Assembly (NCBI GenBank): GCA_964527555.1
Contig: CAZGOG010000006.1
Span: forward strand, 276-64,275
Length of the DNA: 64,000 nt
Direction of reading: 5' to 3'
From: an uncultured Planctomycetia bacterium
GTDB lineage: Bacteria; Omnitrophota; Gorgyraeia; Tantalellales; Tantalellaceae
Below the pieces are notes generated by a model. It was given only the letters and a program-made list of their open reading frames with translations. It had not been told where the DNA came from and ran no database searches. Shown here piece by piece: positions 1 through 10,060 of the stretch (within the stretch, counting starts at the first letter, position 1; each line of letters opens with the position of its first letter). The position numbers were made by a program, and so were the translations under genes.

Positions 1-203
1 TTTTACCAGTCTCCGTTTTTGCGATAAAACTTTTTGTCTTTTCCTGGCTCCTGTTTTTTTGGGGCGTTTCCTATAGTTCTTCCGGGGTTTCATTGCTATT
101 CTCCTCTTTTGTTAATACAAGAAACTCTCTTTCTGCTCACTCATTATACATAATACAGGCGCCTTTTCAACTCATTTTACTCACCTGAAAAGGCAAGCGC
201 CCC

Positions 204-1598
204 CTAACGCCCCTTCCACGAAAAAAGAAACGGATGCGCCTTTACCGCGATACTCATGATGCATATATCGTCTTTAAAGTTGCCCTCCTTAAACGCGTTC
301 AGATCCTTAAGCAGCTCCTTATTAAACGCATCCCTTTCCAGCGCATGGTTCTTCTCCAGAAACTTCTCCACTCTTGCGTTTCCGTACTCTTCGCCTTCGG
401 CATTTACCGTCTCGATAACCCCGTCGGTAAACAGCATCACCTTATCTTCGGGGGCTATCTCGAGGCGGTTCTGGTAAACACTGTCATCGTTATCCGGAAG
501 CCCCAAAAGGCTTGTCTGGCAAGCGAGCTTGTGAAGATGGGGCGCCCTCCTGCTATAAAGATACTGCGTCGGGTGTCCGTAGTTTGAATACACCAGGTGC
601 ATCTTCTTGAAATCCAGCATCCCGCAAAAGGCACTTAAATACATGCCGGAGCCTTCAAAGTCTTTCTTTATGAATTCATTCAGTTCCTTTAAGAGGGAAC
701 CCGGCTCTTTCCCTTCCTTTGCAAAACTTTCAAATTCCGCATGTATCCTGTTGACAAGCAGAGCCGACGGCACTCCGTGTCCCGTAACATCGCTTATGAT
801 AAAAATCAGTTTATTATCATGATCGATAAAGTTAAAGCGCACATAATCCCCCCCTATATAATATACCGGCAAGTACGTGACAGCTATATCAGCCTTATCC
901 GTACTAAGTGATCCCGGGATAAGGGTCTTGTGGACGCGTGTGGCCCATTCCAGGTCCTTCTGCATCATTTTGTTTTTGTTTTCAACTTTTTTAAAAAGTA
1001 TGAAATTATCTATGTCTCTCGCCGTCTCTCTGTTGCGTACTATCAGGCAAAGCGCGAAAGCCAGGCTGATGAAAAAGGCCCCGTCAATATATTCACGCGG
1101 GCTGAAAAGAACCTCATTCGCAACTGAGATATACTTGACAGTCAAAAAAGACCCGGTAAAAGCAAGGAGGTGCATAATCCATATCGGGACCGTCTCCCCG
1201 GGCCTCCACGGTATGGTTGTAGACACCAGAAAAAGCGTAAAGACGAAAAAAGAGGAGCTCACTATCGCCTCATCCTGAAACTCGACACTGAGCTGCATAA
1301 GAAGCACCAGAAGAAGCGCCGTAAAGAGGTACGCATTGAATTTAGCGATATAAAGCGTTTTTGCTCTATAATTCAGAAAAATAATCAGGAACCCGCTTAA
1401 GACCAAAGCGCTTCCCACGAAGATTTCCACGGGACTGAAACCATCCGGCTCCATTATGACGTCCATTAAAAGCGCACAAAAATATATGGCCATACTGAGC
1501 AGGCAAAAAAGGTATACCCTCGCCTTTATAAAAGATATCTGTTTCAGGCGAAACTCATCAATATATTCCGAAGGTATGTTCTCAATCGGCTTTAACAT
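204..1598 (-). CDS. Membrane-anchored PP2C/SpoIIE-family serine phosphatase (RsbU-like)
   Basis: The N-terminal roughly 200 aa are hydrophobic with multiple predicted TM helices. The C-terminal part carries PP2C-type motifs (GGDYVRF, ISDVTGHGVPSALL). Confidence 0.75.
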   Translation of the reverse strand: MLKPIENIPSEYIDEFRLKQISFIKARVYLFCLLSMAIYFCALLMDVIMEPDGFSPVEIFVGSALVLSGFLIIFLNYRAKTLYIAKFNAYLFTALLLVLLMQLSVEFQDEAIVSSSFFVFTLFLVSTTIPWRPGETVPIWIMHLLAFTGSFLTVKYISVANEVLFSPREYIDGAFFISLAFALCLIVRNRETARDIDNFILFKKVENKNKMMQKDLEWATRVHKTLIPGSLSTDKADIAVTYLPVYYIGGDYVRFNFIDHDNKLIFIISDVTGHGVPSALLVNRIHAEFESFAKEGKEPGSLLKELNEFIKKDFEGSGMYLSAFCGMLDFKKMHLVYSNYGHPTQYLYSRRAPHLHKLACQTSLLGLPDNDDSVYQNRLEIAPEDKVMLFTDGVIETVNAEGEEYGNARVEKFLEKNHALERDAFNKELLKDLNAFKEGNFKDDICIMSIAVKAHPFLFSWKGR

Positions 1599-1693
1599 AA
1601 TGATTTATACCGCACGGGCCCTTTCGTGTCCGTCTTTTTTGATATATAAAAATAACACATAAACACCTCTTCTTCAAGAAGTTTAAGTCAAAA

Positions 1694-2836
1694 GTGCGGG
1701 CCGCTGCCGCCAAATATATATTGCCGCGTATCTCTAGTTATGCTAAAGTATTGGACATGCTTGAAAAGATAAAAAAAGATATAGACAAAGAGCTGAAAAG
1801 CTTGCCGTCAATGGCCGATAGGGATTTTAATCTGAAATCCTCCAAGCTTCTTTATGCCGGCATCCAGGACTTCCTGAACCGAAACGGCAAAAGGATCCGT
1901 CCCATACTCTTCGTCCTCAGCTACCAGGGGTATACAAAAAGAAAGGATTTTTCCTATAAAAAGCTTATCCGCGCCTCTCTTTCCCTGGAGTTACTTCACG
2001 ACTTTTTTCTCGTCCATGACGATGTTATTGATAAATCCGCGCTTCGCCGCGGCAAGCCCACCCTTCACCGCTTCTTTAACAGTAAACTGGGGGTGTCTTC
2101 AAAAAACGAGATCGGCTCCAATTTGAGTATTGCCGCCGGCGACATACTATTCGCACTGGCGGTAAATACGCTTCTTTCCTTCGAAGAGGAGTCCTTCCGC
2201 AAGGAGAAAACCCTTTCCTTATTCACCAAAATAGCAGCCTCTACCGGAGAAGGCGAATTTATCGATGTGGTAAACAATATAAAAAAAATAGAAAAAATCA
2301 CAGAGAAAGAGGTCCTCTTCACTTATACACTCAAAACCGCAAAATATACTTTTGAAGGCCCCTTGCTTCTAGGGGCAACTTTAGCCGGGGCGAAAAAAGA
2401 GGAAATCCGCAAGCTTTCAAGATTAGGTATCACGCTCGGCCTGGCCTTTCAGATACAGGACGATCTTCTCGATGTATTCTCTTCGAGCAAGAGAATCGGG
2501 AAACCGGTCCTTTCCGATCTTAATGAATCAAAAAAGACTTTACTGGTATGGAAGACCTACAGGAACCTCTCTGCAAGCGGCAAAATAAGACTTAAGCGTC
2601 TCCTGAAAAAAAAGAAGAAGACTTATAGCGATCTTTTGTCCTTCAGGAAACTGATAATAAGTGCCGGAGGCGGGAAATACTGCCTGGCTAAGATCGCCTC
2701 TTTACTTCTAGAGGCTGATTCCATCTTATCCGAAGTGCGCATGAACCCAAAATACAAAGCTGCCCTAGAAAAGCTCAAGGAAGACCTTGCCGCAAAGACA
2801 GCTTTACTTGAAAAAACGATCCGGGAGAAATCTTAG
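1694..2836 (+). CDS. Polyprenyl diphosphate synthase (FPP/GGPP synthase family). The true start is probably the ATG at about 1754.
   Basis: Carries the first aspartate-rich motif LLHDFFLVHDDVIDKS and the second motif FQIQDDLLDVF. An RRG-K-P stretch typical of trans-prenyltransferases is also present. Confidence 0.8.
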   Translation: MRAAAAKYILPRISSYAKVLDMLEKIKKDIDKELKSLPSMADRDFNLKSSKLLYAGIQDFLNRNGKRIRPILFVLSYQGYTKRKDFSYKKLIRASLSLELLHDFFLVHDDVIDKSALRRGKPTLHRFFNSKLGVSSKNEIGSNLSIAAGDILFALAVNTLLSFEEESFRKEKTLSLFTKIAASTGEGEFIDVVNNIKKIEKITEKEVLFTYTLKTAKYTFEGPLLLGATLAGAKKEEIRKLSRLGITLGLAFQIQDDLLDVFSSSKRIGKPVLSDLNESKKTLLVWKTYRNLSASGKIRLKRLLKKKKKTYSDLLSFRKLIISAGGGKYCLAKIASLLLEADSILSEVRMNPKYKAALEKLKEDLAAKTALLEKTIREKS

Positions 2837-2845
2837 CATATAAAA

Positions 2846-3688
2846 ATGAAAATAAATATTGCAAAAAGTTCGGGTTTCTGTTTTGGCGTACGAAGGGCTA
2901 TAGATATAAGCAAAAAATTGGCCGGGGGGGAAAGAGAAGTCTACGTCCTTGGAGACATAGTTCACAATACTTTTGTCGTCAAGGAGCTTGAAGAAAAAGG
3001 TATAAAAAAAATCAAACGGATCCGCCCTTCCAAGAACTCCATACTCATCATAAGGGCGCACGGCGCGCCTAAAATAACATTCGACAAAGCCAAAGCCTGC
3101 GGCTACAGGATAGTCGATGCGACCTGCCCCAAGGTCAAAGACATATACAAGATCGCCAGAGGCCTTGAAAAAAAAAGCACGATTATAATTATCGGTGATG
3201 CCGGTCATGACGAGGTAAAAGGCATCTCCGGGCAGCTTAAGAAAAAACCCATATTGGTGGAATCGGCCAGGCGTCTTCCGCTAAAGAGCCTTTCCCGCGT
3301 AAAAAAAGCCGCGGTCATAACACAGTCAACCCAAACCATAGACAATATAAACAGCATAATGAGCCGCCTTACGAAAATCATCCCGGAGATAACGCTTTAC
3401 AACACTACATGCCGGATAACCAGGGTCAAACAGAAAGAGATAAAGTCTCTGCCCAAAGAGAACGACATCGTGCTTATCATAGGGTCGAAAACGAGCGCCA
3501 ATACCAAAAGGCTTTACCAGATATCAAAAAGCATAAACAAGAAAACTTACTGGATAGAATGCGCGAAAGACCTGAAAAGAAGATGGTTTGAAAACGCCAA
3601 AAAAGCAGGTATAATGGCCGGCGCCTCTACGCCGGACCACATCACGGAAGAAGTCGTTGCAAAGCTTAAACAAATAGGTGAAAACTAG
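2846..3688 (+). CDS. ispH: 4-hydroxy-3-methylbut-2-enyl diphosphate reductase
   Basis: The N-terminus reads MKINIAKSSGFCFGVRRAI, which I recognise as the IspH/LytB signature. Size is about 280 aa. It directly follows the prenyl synthase gene. Confidence 0.9.
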   Translation: MKINIAKSSGFCFGVRRAIDISKKLAGGEREVYVLGDIVHNTFVVKELEEKGIKKIKRIRPSKNSILIIRAHGAPKITFDKAKACGYRIVDATCPKVKDIYKIARGLEKKSTIIIIGDAGHDEVKGISGQLKKKPILVESARRLPLKSLSRVKKAAVITQSTQTIDNINSIMSRLTKIIPEITLYNTTCRITRVKQKEIKSLPKENDIVLIIGSKTSANTKRLYQISKSINKKTYWIECAKDLKRRWFENAKKAGIMAGASTPDHITEEVVAKLKQIGEN

Positions 3689-3696
3689 TAAAAAAC

Positions 3697-4254
3697 ATGT
3701 ATTTACTCATAGACAATTACGATTCTTTTACTTACAATCTGTACCAGGCCTTTGCCGCGGAAGGTATAAGCCTCGTGGTAAAAAGAAACGATAAAGTCAC
3801 CATAAAAGAAATCCGGGCACTTAAACCCGATAAAATCATAATCTCGCCCGGACCGAAAACGCCCGGTGAAGCTGGCATCTCGAATAAAGTCATTAAAAAA
3901 TTCGCGCCCTTTATCCCCATACTGGGGATTTGCCTGGGGCATCAGTGCATAGCGGAGAGTTTCGGGGGAAAAGTGGAACGGCTGGATAAGATCCTGCACG
4001 GAAAGACCTCGCTCATCTACCATGACGGCAGGAAAATCTTTAAAGGGCTCACCTCCCCTTTAGAGGGGGCTAGGTACCATTCCCTGACAGTTACCGGGGT
4101 GCCGAAAGACCTGGAAGTCACAGCATGGACCAAGGGCGGCGTCGTGATGGGACTCTCTCACCGCAAATACCCGGCAACAGGCCTACAGTTCCATCCTGAA
4201 TCGTTTCTTACTGAAAATGGCCGGGCCTTGATCAGAAACTTCATCGAGATATAG
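3697..4254 (+). CDS. Glutamine amidotransferase component II of aminodeoxychorismate/anthranilate synthase (PabA/TrpG)
   Basis: Begins LLIDNYDSFTYNL and has the GICLGHQ catalytic Cys motif of class I amidotransferases. Size is 185 aa. Confidence 0.85.
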   Translation: MYLLIDNYDSFTYNLYQAFAAEGISLVVKRNDKVTIKEIRALKPDKIIISPGPKTPGEAGISNKVIKKFAPFIPILGICLGHQCIAESFGGKVERLDKILHGKTSLIYHDGRKIFKGLTSPLEGARYHSLTVTGVPKDLEVTAWTKGGVVMGLSHRKYPATGLQFHPESFLTENGRALIRNFIEI

Positions 4255-4255
4255 C

Positions 4256-5668
4256 ATGAAAGAATATCTTCCTAAAATAGCGAGCTCCCCCATAATCGAG
4301 AAAGTGAGTATATCCCGCTCGCCGGAGGAGCTTTTCAGCCATTACGCATATCTCGGGAACACATCGCTACTCAACAGTTCCCTTGAAACCGACGCCGCCA
4401 GATATTCGTTTATCGCCCTGGAACCCTTTCTCATTTTAACCGGGAAAAACAACAAACTCAGCTTAAGGTTTGAGGGCCATGAACTCAGGATTAAATCCGA
4501 TCCCCTCGACTGCCTTAGCTCTCTCATCGGCACCTACAGGACTAAAAACGCCACGCATTTTCCATTTACGGCCGGCTGCATAGGTTACCTCTCCTACGAT
4601 CTTAAAAATGTCATAGAAAACCTTCCGCAAAAAGCAAAGGACGATCTTTCTCTTCCGGACATATATTTTGTTTTCTATAGAACGCTTCTTATCCTTGACA
4701 AATCGAACCCTGGCGAATTTTATATAAGCATTCTGGATGCCGGTTCTAAAACTTTCAAAAAACCGCAAGAAACAATAAAAAAAATAAAAGAAACTGTTCG
4801 CTCCTCTCGCCCGGAGCTTTCGCAACAAGCCGCAAAAAGGCGGCGTAAACCTCTTTTAGAATCAAACTTTACAAAAGGCTCTTACATAAAAGCCATAGAG
4901 AAGGTTATAGACTATATACGTGCAGGCGACATCTACCAGGCGTGTCTTTCACAGAGATTTAAAACCCGATCCCATCAGTGGCCGTATCAGCTGTATCTGA
5001 ACTTAAACCGTATAAACCCCTCGCCTTTTAGCGCTTATCTCAATTTTGAGGGGGCGAAGATCATCTCTTCTTCGCCGGAACTTTTTTTGAGAATGCGCGG
5101 GGACATCATTGAAACCCGGCCCATGAAAGGCACGCGCAGGCGCGGACACGACGCCAAAGAAGACAAAAGACTCAAAGAAAACCTTTCTAAAAGCAAAAAA
5201 GATGCCGCGGAACTGGCCATGATAGTTGATGTCGAAAGGAACGATTTCGGCAAGGTCTCCCTCCCGGGTTCTATCAAAGTCACCGAACACAGGAGGATCG
5301 AGACTTACCCGACGGTACTGCAGACCATATCGGTTGTGAGGGGCGCGCTTAGGAACAACACAAGCCCCGTCGATATAATAAGGGCTGCTTTCCCGGGGGG
5401 ATCGATATCGGGATGCCCTAAAATACGCGCCATGGAAATAATCGACGAGCTGGAGCCGACCCAAAGGCACGTCTACACAGGGTCAATCGGGTACATAAGT
5501 TTTCACGATACAATGGATCTAAACGTCGCGATACGCACCATGACCATGAAAGGGAAAGACGTCTATTTCCAGGCGGGCGGCGGTATCGTATCTGATTCTG
5601 ATCCCCAAGCGGAATACAATGAAACCATCGTCAAAGCCCGCGCGCTGATGGAGAGCCTTCGGCTTTAA
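4256..5668 (+). CDS. Aminodeoxychorismate/anthranilate synthase component I (PabB-like favoured)
   Basis: Shows the chorismate-binding family fold with the PMKGTRRRG motif; the Lys in PxKGT favours PabB over TrpE. It is translationally coupled to the amidotransferase gene upstream. Confidence 0.8.
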   Translation: MKEYLPKIASSPIIEKVSISRSPEELFSHYAYLGNTSLLNSSLETDAARYSFIALEPFLILTGKNNKLSLRFEGHELRIKSDPLDCLSSLIGTYRTKNATHFPFTAGCIGYLSYDLKNVIENLPQKAKDDLSLPDIYFVFYRTLLILDKSNPGEFYISILDAGSKTFKKPQETIKKIKETVRSSRPELSQQAAKRRRKPLLESNFTKGSYIKAIEKVIDYIRAGDIYQACLSQRFKTRSHQWPYQLYLNLNRINPSPFSAYLNFEGAKIISSSPELFLRMRGDIIETRPMKGTRRRGHDAKEDKRLKENLSKSKKDAAELAMIVDVERNDFGKVSLPGSIKVTEHRRIETYPTVLQTISVVRGALRNNTSPVDIIRAAFPGGSISGCPKIRAMEIIDELEPTQRHVYTGSIGYISFHDTMDLNVAIRTMTMKGKDVYFQAGGGIVSDSDPQAEYNETIVKARALMESLRL

Positions 5669-6192
5669 CCTTCTTTATATATCGTCGTATTAGAGACGGC
5701 ATACACCAGGATATATCCTATAAACATCCCCAGACAGGCTCCGCTGGCGACATCCAAAGGAAAATGCGCCCCGCAGTATATCCTTGATATGGCTACGACA
5801 GTCGCAATGGTATAGAATATATACCATCTTCCAAAGCATTTTGTCAGGACAAACGCCGCCATAAAAGCCATTGTGGTATGCCCTGAGGGAAAAGCAAAAT
5901 CACCTGTTTTTAAAAGCATAGTGACATCCGTCAGTACCGCGTGGGGACGCGGTCTTGCTATAAGATGTTTTAAGACCTTGACTGTATTATAAGAGAAGGT
6001 TACACCTGCCATTAATATCACACTTGAAACCTTAACGCGGCTTCTTCTCGAAAGAAGCATGCACAGCGCAAGAACGAAAAGGAACTCGCCGCTTCCCATC
6101 TCTGTAAGTACCGGCATAAGAAAATCCAAAAGAGGGTTATGACAGGCTCGATTGAAAAAATAAAAAATACTCGTCTCAATATCCGCTAGCAT
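5665..6192 (-). CDS. PAP2-family membrane phosphatase (phosphatidylglycerophosphatase B-like)
   Basis: Has the PAP2 motifs KxxxxxxRP (KHLIARPRP), PSGH (PSGHTT) and SRxxxxxH-like (SRIYCGAHFPLD). The protein is hydrophobic. Confidence 0.75.
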   Translation of the reverse strand: MLADIETSIFYFFNRACHNPLLDFLMPVLTEMGSGEFLFVLALCMLLSRRSRVKVSSVILMAGVTFSYNTVKVLKHLIARPRPHAVLTDVTMLLKTGDFAFPSGHTTMAFMAAFVLTKCFGRWYIFYTIATVVAISRIYCGAHFPLDVASGACLGMFIGYILVYAVSNTTIYKEG

Positions 6193-6653
6193 AACTCATC
6201 CTTATGTTTTTTGAGCCTCTCTTTAAGTTCGTCTACCGACTCAAGCTTCTTTACCCCGGGAATATCCCAGCTTTCAAACCCATAAACTGCCTTGCCTTGA
6301 ATAAGAGCAAAACTTATTTCCGAAAGCGTGCCGTATTCACCCGCCAGCGCGACTATGACATCACCGGCCGCGGCGACCAAAGCATTCCTGGAGTAACCCA
6401 TACCGGTCGGGATAACGATATCAACGAACCGGTTTGCTTCCTTTTTATCCTCGCCGGGTATTATGCCAACAGTCAAGCCACCCGCTTTTTTTGCTCCCCG
6501 GCAAGCGGCTTCCATTATGCCTCCCAGGCCCCCGCAAACAACTACAGCCTGCATTTGAGCCGCCACCTGGCCTATTTGCTCCGCCAAGAGACGGGTAGGA
6601 TCATCACATTTATGGCCGCCAATTACTGAGACCAAAAATTTTCTATCCGCCAT
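6186..6653 (-). CDS. TIGR00725/LOG-like Rossmann-fold protein (SLOG family). Start taken at the internal ATG that has an SD-like run just upstream.
   Basis: Contains VVCGGLGGIMEAACRGA and GEYGTLSE motifs that resemble the LOG/TIGR00725 GGGxGxM and PGGxGTxxE signatures. An AGGGGGAG run sits just upstream of the ATG at 6653. Confidence 0.55.
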   Translation of the reverse strand: MADRKFLVSVIGGHKCDDPTRLLAEQIGQVAAQMQAVVVCGGLGGIMEAACRGAKKAGGLTVGIIPGEDKKEANRFVDIVIPTGMGYSRNALVAAAGDVIVALAGEYGTLSEISFALIQGKAVYGFESWDIPGVKKLESVDELKERLKKHKDELC

Positions 6654-6675
6654 AACTCCCCCTATTAACTTTGCG

Positions 6676-7509
6676 CTATATTCCAAGTGTCTTCAGGAAT
6701 TCATCTATCCTTTTCTTATATTCATCGGAATAAATGATTATCGCCTCGTTATGCCCTCCCCGCATGGGATAGAACTCCTTGACCCCGGAGGCTTTCTCGA
6801 ACAGCTTCTGGCCGTGATGAAAAGGTACTATCTCGTCCTCCCTGCTGTGAATAATAAGTTTCGGGACTCTAACACTTCCTATCTTGGAAAGTGTATCATA
6901 CTTCATGGTGATAAAAAACTTAACCGGCAGAAAAGGATATACCTCTTCGGCTATATCAAGCGTTGAAGTAAAAACGCCGTCAGAGATAACGGCGCATGCG
7001 TCCCTCTTGGTCGCCAGATCCAGCGCAACCGCTCCTCCAAGAGATTTACCGTATGCTATGATCCTCTCCTTGTCGATATCCGTCCTGGCCAGAAGACAAT
7101 CATACGCAGCCTGCGCGTCAAGGTACGTCCCCTTCTCTGAAGGCCAGCCGCGGCTTTTTCCATAACCGCGGTAATCAAATATAAAAACGTTAAGATCCAG
7201 ACTGTGAAATATCTCTATTATTTCAAACCGATGACTGATATTGCCGGCATTTCCGTGACAAAAAAGTATGGTCGCCCTTGCCGGCTGCTTGGCGGGTATA
7301 AACCATCCATTGAGTCTTATGCCGTCTTCCGTCTCAAAATACACATCTTCATAAGCTAAAGACTCGGCAAGCGGAGTTTTCTCTATATGCCTCGTGGGGA
7401 AAAATATGCTGCTTCGCTCAAACCATTTCGCGTAAAGTACCAGTAGAAATATCGCTATAACGGCCGTAACAACGTAATACATATTCTTTTTAACCCCTAG
7501 ACTGGTCAT
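6676..7509 (-). CDS. Alpha/beta hydrolase with an N-terminal membrane anchor
   Basis: An N-terminal TM helix is followed by the GKSLGG nucleophile elbow (GxSxG), and Asp and His residues lie downstream. Confidence 0.75.
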   Translation of the reverse strand: MTSLGVKKNMYYVVTAVIAIFLLVLYAKWFERSSIFFPTRHIEKTPLAESLAYEDVYFETEDGIRLNGWFIPAKQPARATILFCHGNAGNISHRFEIIEIFHSLDLNVFIFDYRGYGKSRGWPSEKGTYLDAQAAYDCLLARTDIDKERIIAYGKSLGGAVALDLATKRDACAVISDGVFTSTLDIAEEVYPFLPVKFFITMKYDTLSKIGSVRVPKLIIHSREDEIVPFHHGQKLFEKASGVKEFYPMRGGHNEAIIIYSDEYKKRIDEFLKTLGI

Positions 7510-7529
7510 TAATATAAGAGGCTCTCAGA

Positions 7530-8657
7530 TTAAATCAGCTTACTGGCCATCTCTTTAACTATATTCGCTATCGCCGGAGCAGAAGTAAGCCCCGGGGACT
7601 CAATGCCTATAAGATTGATAAAACCGGTAAGACCCCTCTCCTCTTCGTGTCTGATCACGAAATCTTTAAATCCCTCACCGGGCGCCTGGAGTTTCGGTCT
7701 GACTCCCGAAGTATCAGCGGAAAGATCTTCTTTCCCTAGAAACGGCAGAAATCCTTTAACATCGTCATAAAAAACATCTCTTTTCGCCGGGTCGACAGTG
7801 TAGTTGATCTCTCTGGAACGCAAATATTCCGCATCAGGCCCAAGCCTGGCCTCGCCGGCTAAGTCAGGTGTAAAATGAATCCCCAGACTTGTATCGTCCT
7901 GCCGGCATACCGGGTAGACCAACTTTTTAACAAGCTTAGCCTTACCTGCCCCTATCCGGAAATAATCCCCCTTACAGTACGACAAAGTATACTCCTCATC
8001 TTCTATGCCGACCATCTTCGCCACGGTATCAGAATCAAGACCGGCACAGTTTATCACTACCTTTGCCGTAAAAGTGCAGTCCTCGCCGCTTGCCTCTGTA
8101 ATGACTACTTCATAACCGCTATTGGCCGGATGCACTTTTTTGACTTCCGACTTATAAAGAATATCCGCGCCCTTACTCTTGGCTTTCATAAGAAAATGTT
8201 TCATAAGAGCATGTGAGTCTATTATACCCGTCATCGGCAGGTATATAGCCTGGCAGGCTTCGACATTCGGTTCAAGGGCCTTAATCTCTTCCTTCTTGAG
8301 CATCTTAATATCCGCAAGCCCGTTTGTCATACCCTGTTTAAAAAGAGCCTCCAACGCCTCTATCTTAGAAGTATTCTCGGCAACAATGAGCTTCCCCGTT
8401 TTGTTATGGGGGATGTTATTAGCCTGGCAGATCCGGTAAAGAAGTTTATTACCATCTATACAGGTCTTTGCCTTTAACGAGTCCTTGGGATAATAAATGC
8501 CCGAATGGATAACTTCGCTGTTACGAGAGCTTGTTTCCTGGCCGAAAGAGTCGTGCCTTTCAAAAATAAAAACATCCCTCTTTTCTCCGGCTACGGCACT
8601 AGCCACCGCCAGCCCGATAACACCGCCGCCTATAATAGCGACATCTATTTTATACAT
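7530..8657 (-). CDS. FAD-dependent oxidoreductase (LhgO/GlpA-like)
   Basis: The N-terminus reads DVAIIGGGVIGLAVA, a FAD-binding GxGxxG motif. Size is about 375 aa. Confidence 0.7.
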   Translation of the reverse strand: MYKIDVAIIGGGVIGLAVASAVAGEKRDVFIFERHDSFGQETSSRNSEVIHSGIYYPKDSLKAKTCIDGNKLLYRICQANNIPHNKTGKLIVAENTSKIEALEALFKQGMTNGLADIKMLKKEEIKALEPNVEACQAIYLPMTGIIDSHALMKHFLMKAKSKGADILYKSEVKKVHPANSGYEVVITEASGEDCTFTAKVVINCAGLDSDTVAKMVGIEDEEYTLSYCKGDYFRIGAGKAKLVKKLVYPVCRQDDTSLGIHFTPDLAGEARLGPDAEYLRSREINYTVDPAKRDVFYDDVKGFLPFLGKEDLSADTSGVRPKLQAPGEGFKDFVIRHEEERGLTGFINLIGIESPGLTSAPAIANIVKEMASKLI

Positions 8658-9091
8658 TTCTCATCTCCATTCCAATCATCACTTAATGCGCCAGTGGCAT
8701 CTTCTACAGCGGTTATCTTTATATCGGGCTCGTCGTGAAGAGTCCCGTGTATGGTGCACTTCTCGGCCGCGGCAATAATAGCTTTTTTGCGTGAGCCAAG
8801 TTCAGCATGGGGCGTTCTTAAAGATATGTCTATCTTTCCGATCCTTGTTTTCTTGTCATCAAACTTCCAGTCCAGTTCTATGGAAAGCCCTTCCGGGTCG
8901 AGTTTTGCCGTACGCATATACCCCGCGACATAAAGCCCTATACAACAACCAATAGAAGCTATAAATGCTTCCGAAGGAGTAGGCCCCTTATCCTCCCCTC
9001 CCTTCTCAAGCGGCAGATCCGTCACTATCTCATGAGTTCCCACCTTAGCTTTAAAGCTTCTATTACCCATAAAATCAACCCTTATGCTCAT
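8645..9091 (-). CDS. OsmC/Ohr-family peroxiredoxin-like protein
   Basis: About 148 aa with paired Cys (SIGCCIG) and overall OsmC-like composition. Confidence 0.7.
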   Translation of the reverse strand: MSIRVDFMGNRSFKAKVGTHEIVTDLPLEKGGEDKGPTPSEAFIASIGCCIGLYVAGYMRTAKLDPEGLSIELDWKFDDKKTRIGKIDISLRTPHAELGSRKKAIIAAAEKCTIHGTLHDEPDIKITAVEDATGALSDDWNGDEKCIK

Positions 9092-9141
9092 CTTTTGCCT
9101 CCTTAGCTAGACAGTTATTTGTTTTATTATATAATAAAGAT

Positions 9142-9996
9142 ATGAGTACTCAAAGATTCTTTTCGGTAATAATCCCTACCTTTAACAGAAAACCTTTTCT
9201 TGAGATAGCGGTAGATTCCGTTTTAGGACAAACCTTTAGCGACTTTGAGCTTATCATAATAGATGACGGCTCCGGCGACGGCACGAAGGAACTTATCGAA
9301 AGCTATAGCGACAGCCGTATAAAATACTTATATCAAAAAAATCATGGCGTCTCACACGCCAGGAACAGCGCTTTAGCCCTTGCGGAAGGAAAGTACGCAG
9401 CTTTCCTGGATTCTGACGACCGCTGGAAAAAAGAAAAACTTGAAGTCACGGCAAAGTATATAAAAAATTACCCGGGCATATATATTTTTCATACTGAAGA
9501 AATCTGGTACCGGAAGGGAAAACTCCTTCCCCAAAAGAAAAAACACCGGAAACCAACCGGACATGTCTATAAAAAGGCACTCGATCTCTGCTGCATAAGC
9601 ATATCAACCGCGGCTGTCAATAGAGACCTCTTCAAAAAGCTGGGAACATTCGATGAAAACCTCCAAGCATGTGAAGATTATGATTTCTGGCTGCGGGCGG
9701 CCAGTAAATATGAAGTGAAACTCATCCCGCAGCAGCTGACGATTAAAGACGGCGGCAGGTGTGACCAGCTCTCTTCAAGCGTATGGGGTCTTGACCGCTT
9801 CAGGATAATAGCGCTTGAGAAGATGCTTTCTTCCGGCACGCTGGAAAATGGAGACTATACCGCGACAGTTAAAAAATTCGAGAAAAAATGCAGGATATTC
9901 GCATCCGGCTGCCTAAAAAGAGAAAAACTAGAACTGGCTGAGTATTATAAAAACCTGCCTCGAAAGTACAGCCTGCTGGATAAGATTTGCGGGTAG
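9142..9996 (+). CDS. Glycosyltransferase family 2
   Basis: Starts FSVIIPTFNR and then has DDGSGDGT, which are GT-A family 2 N-terminal motifs. A DSDD motif lies further on. Confidence 0.8.
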   Translation: MSTQRFFSVIIPTFNRKPFLEIAVDSVLGQTFSDFELIIIDDGSGDGTKELIESYSDSRIKYLYQKNHGVSHARNSALALAEGKYAAFLDSDDRWKKEKLEVTAKYIKNYPGIYIFHTEEIWYRKGKLLPQKKKHRKPTGHVYKKALDLCCISISTAAVNRDLFKKLGTFDENLQACEDYDFWLRAASKYEVKLIPQQLTIKDGGRCDQLSSSVWGLDRFRIIALEKMLSSGTLENGDYTATVKKFEKKCRIFASGCLKREKLELAEYYKNLPRKYSLLDKICG

Positions 9997-10014
9997 CTCC
10001 CGCCTGTTTTTTTT
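9989..10014 (+). terminator. Candidate intrinsic terminator after the GT2 gene
   Basis: A GCGGG-tagct-CCCGC hairpin is followed by a T8 run. The GT2 stop codon lies in the loop. Confidence 0.5.
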
Positions 10015-10060
10015 GAGAATTTTAGCGGTGAGAATCCTTCGTTCCAGTCTTCCTTAATTG

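Noticed and set aside
1-203. Terminator for the PP2C phosphatase gene at the window start
   Set aside because: It is only an imperfect hairpin without a convincing U-tract.
4256-5668. Calling this gene trpE specifically
   Set aside because: No other trp genes are present, and the PxKGT variant favours PabB. It is left as aminodeoxychorismate/anthranilate synthase component I.
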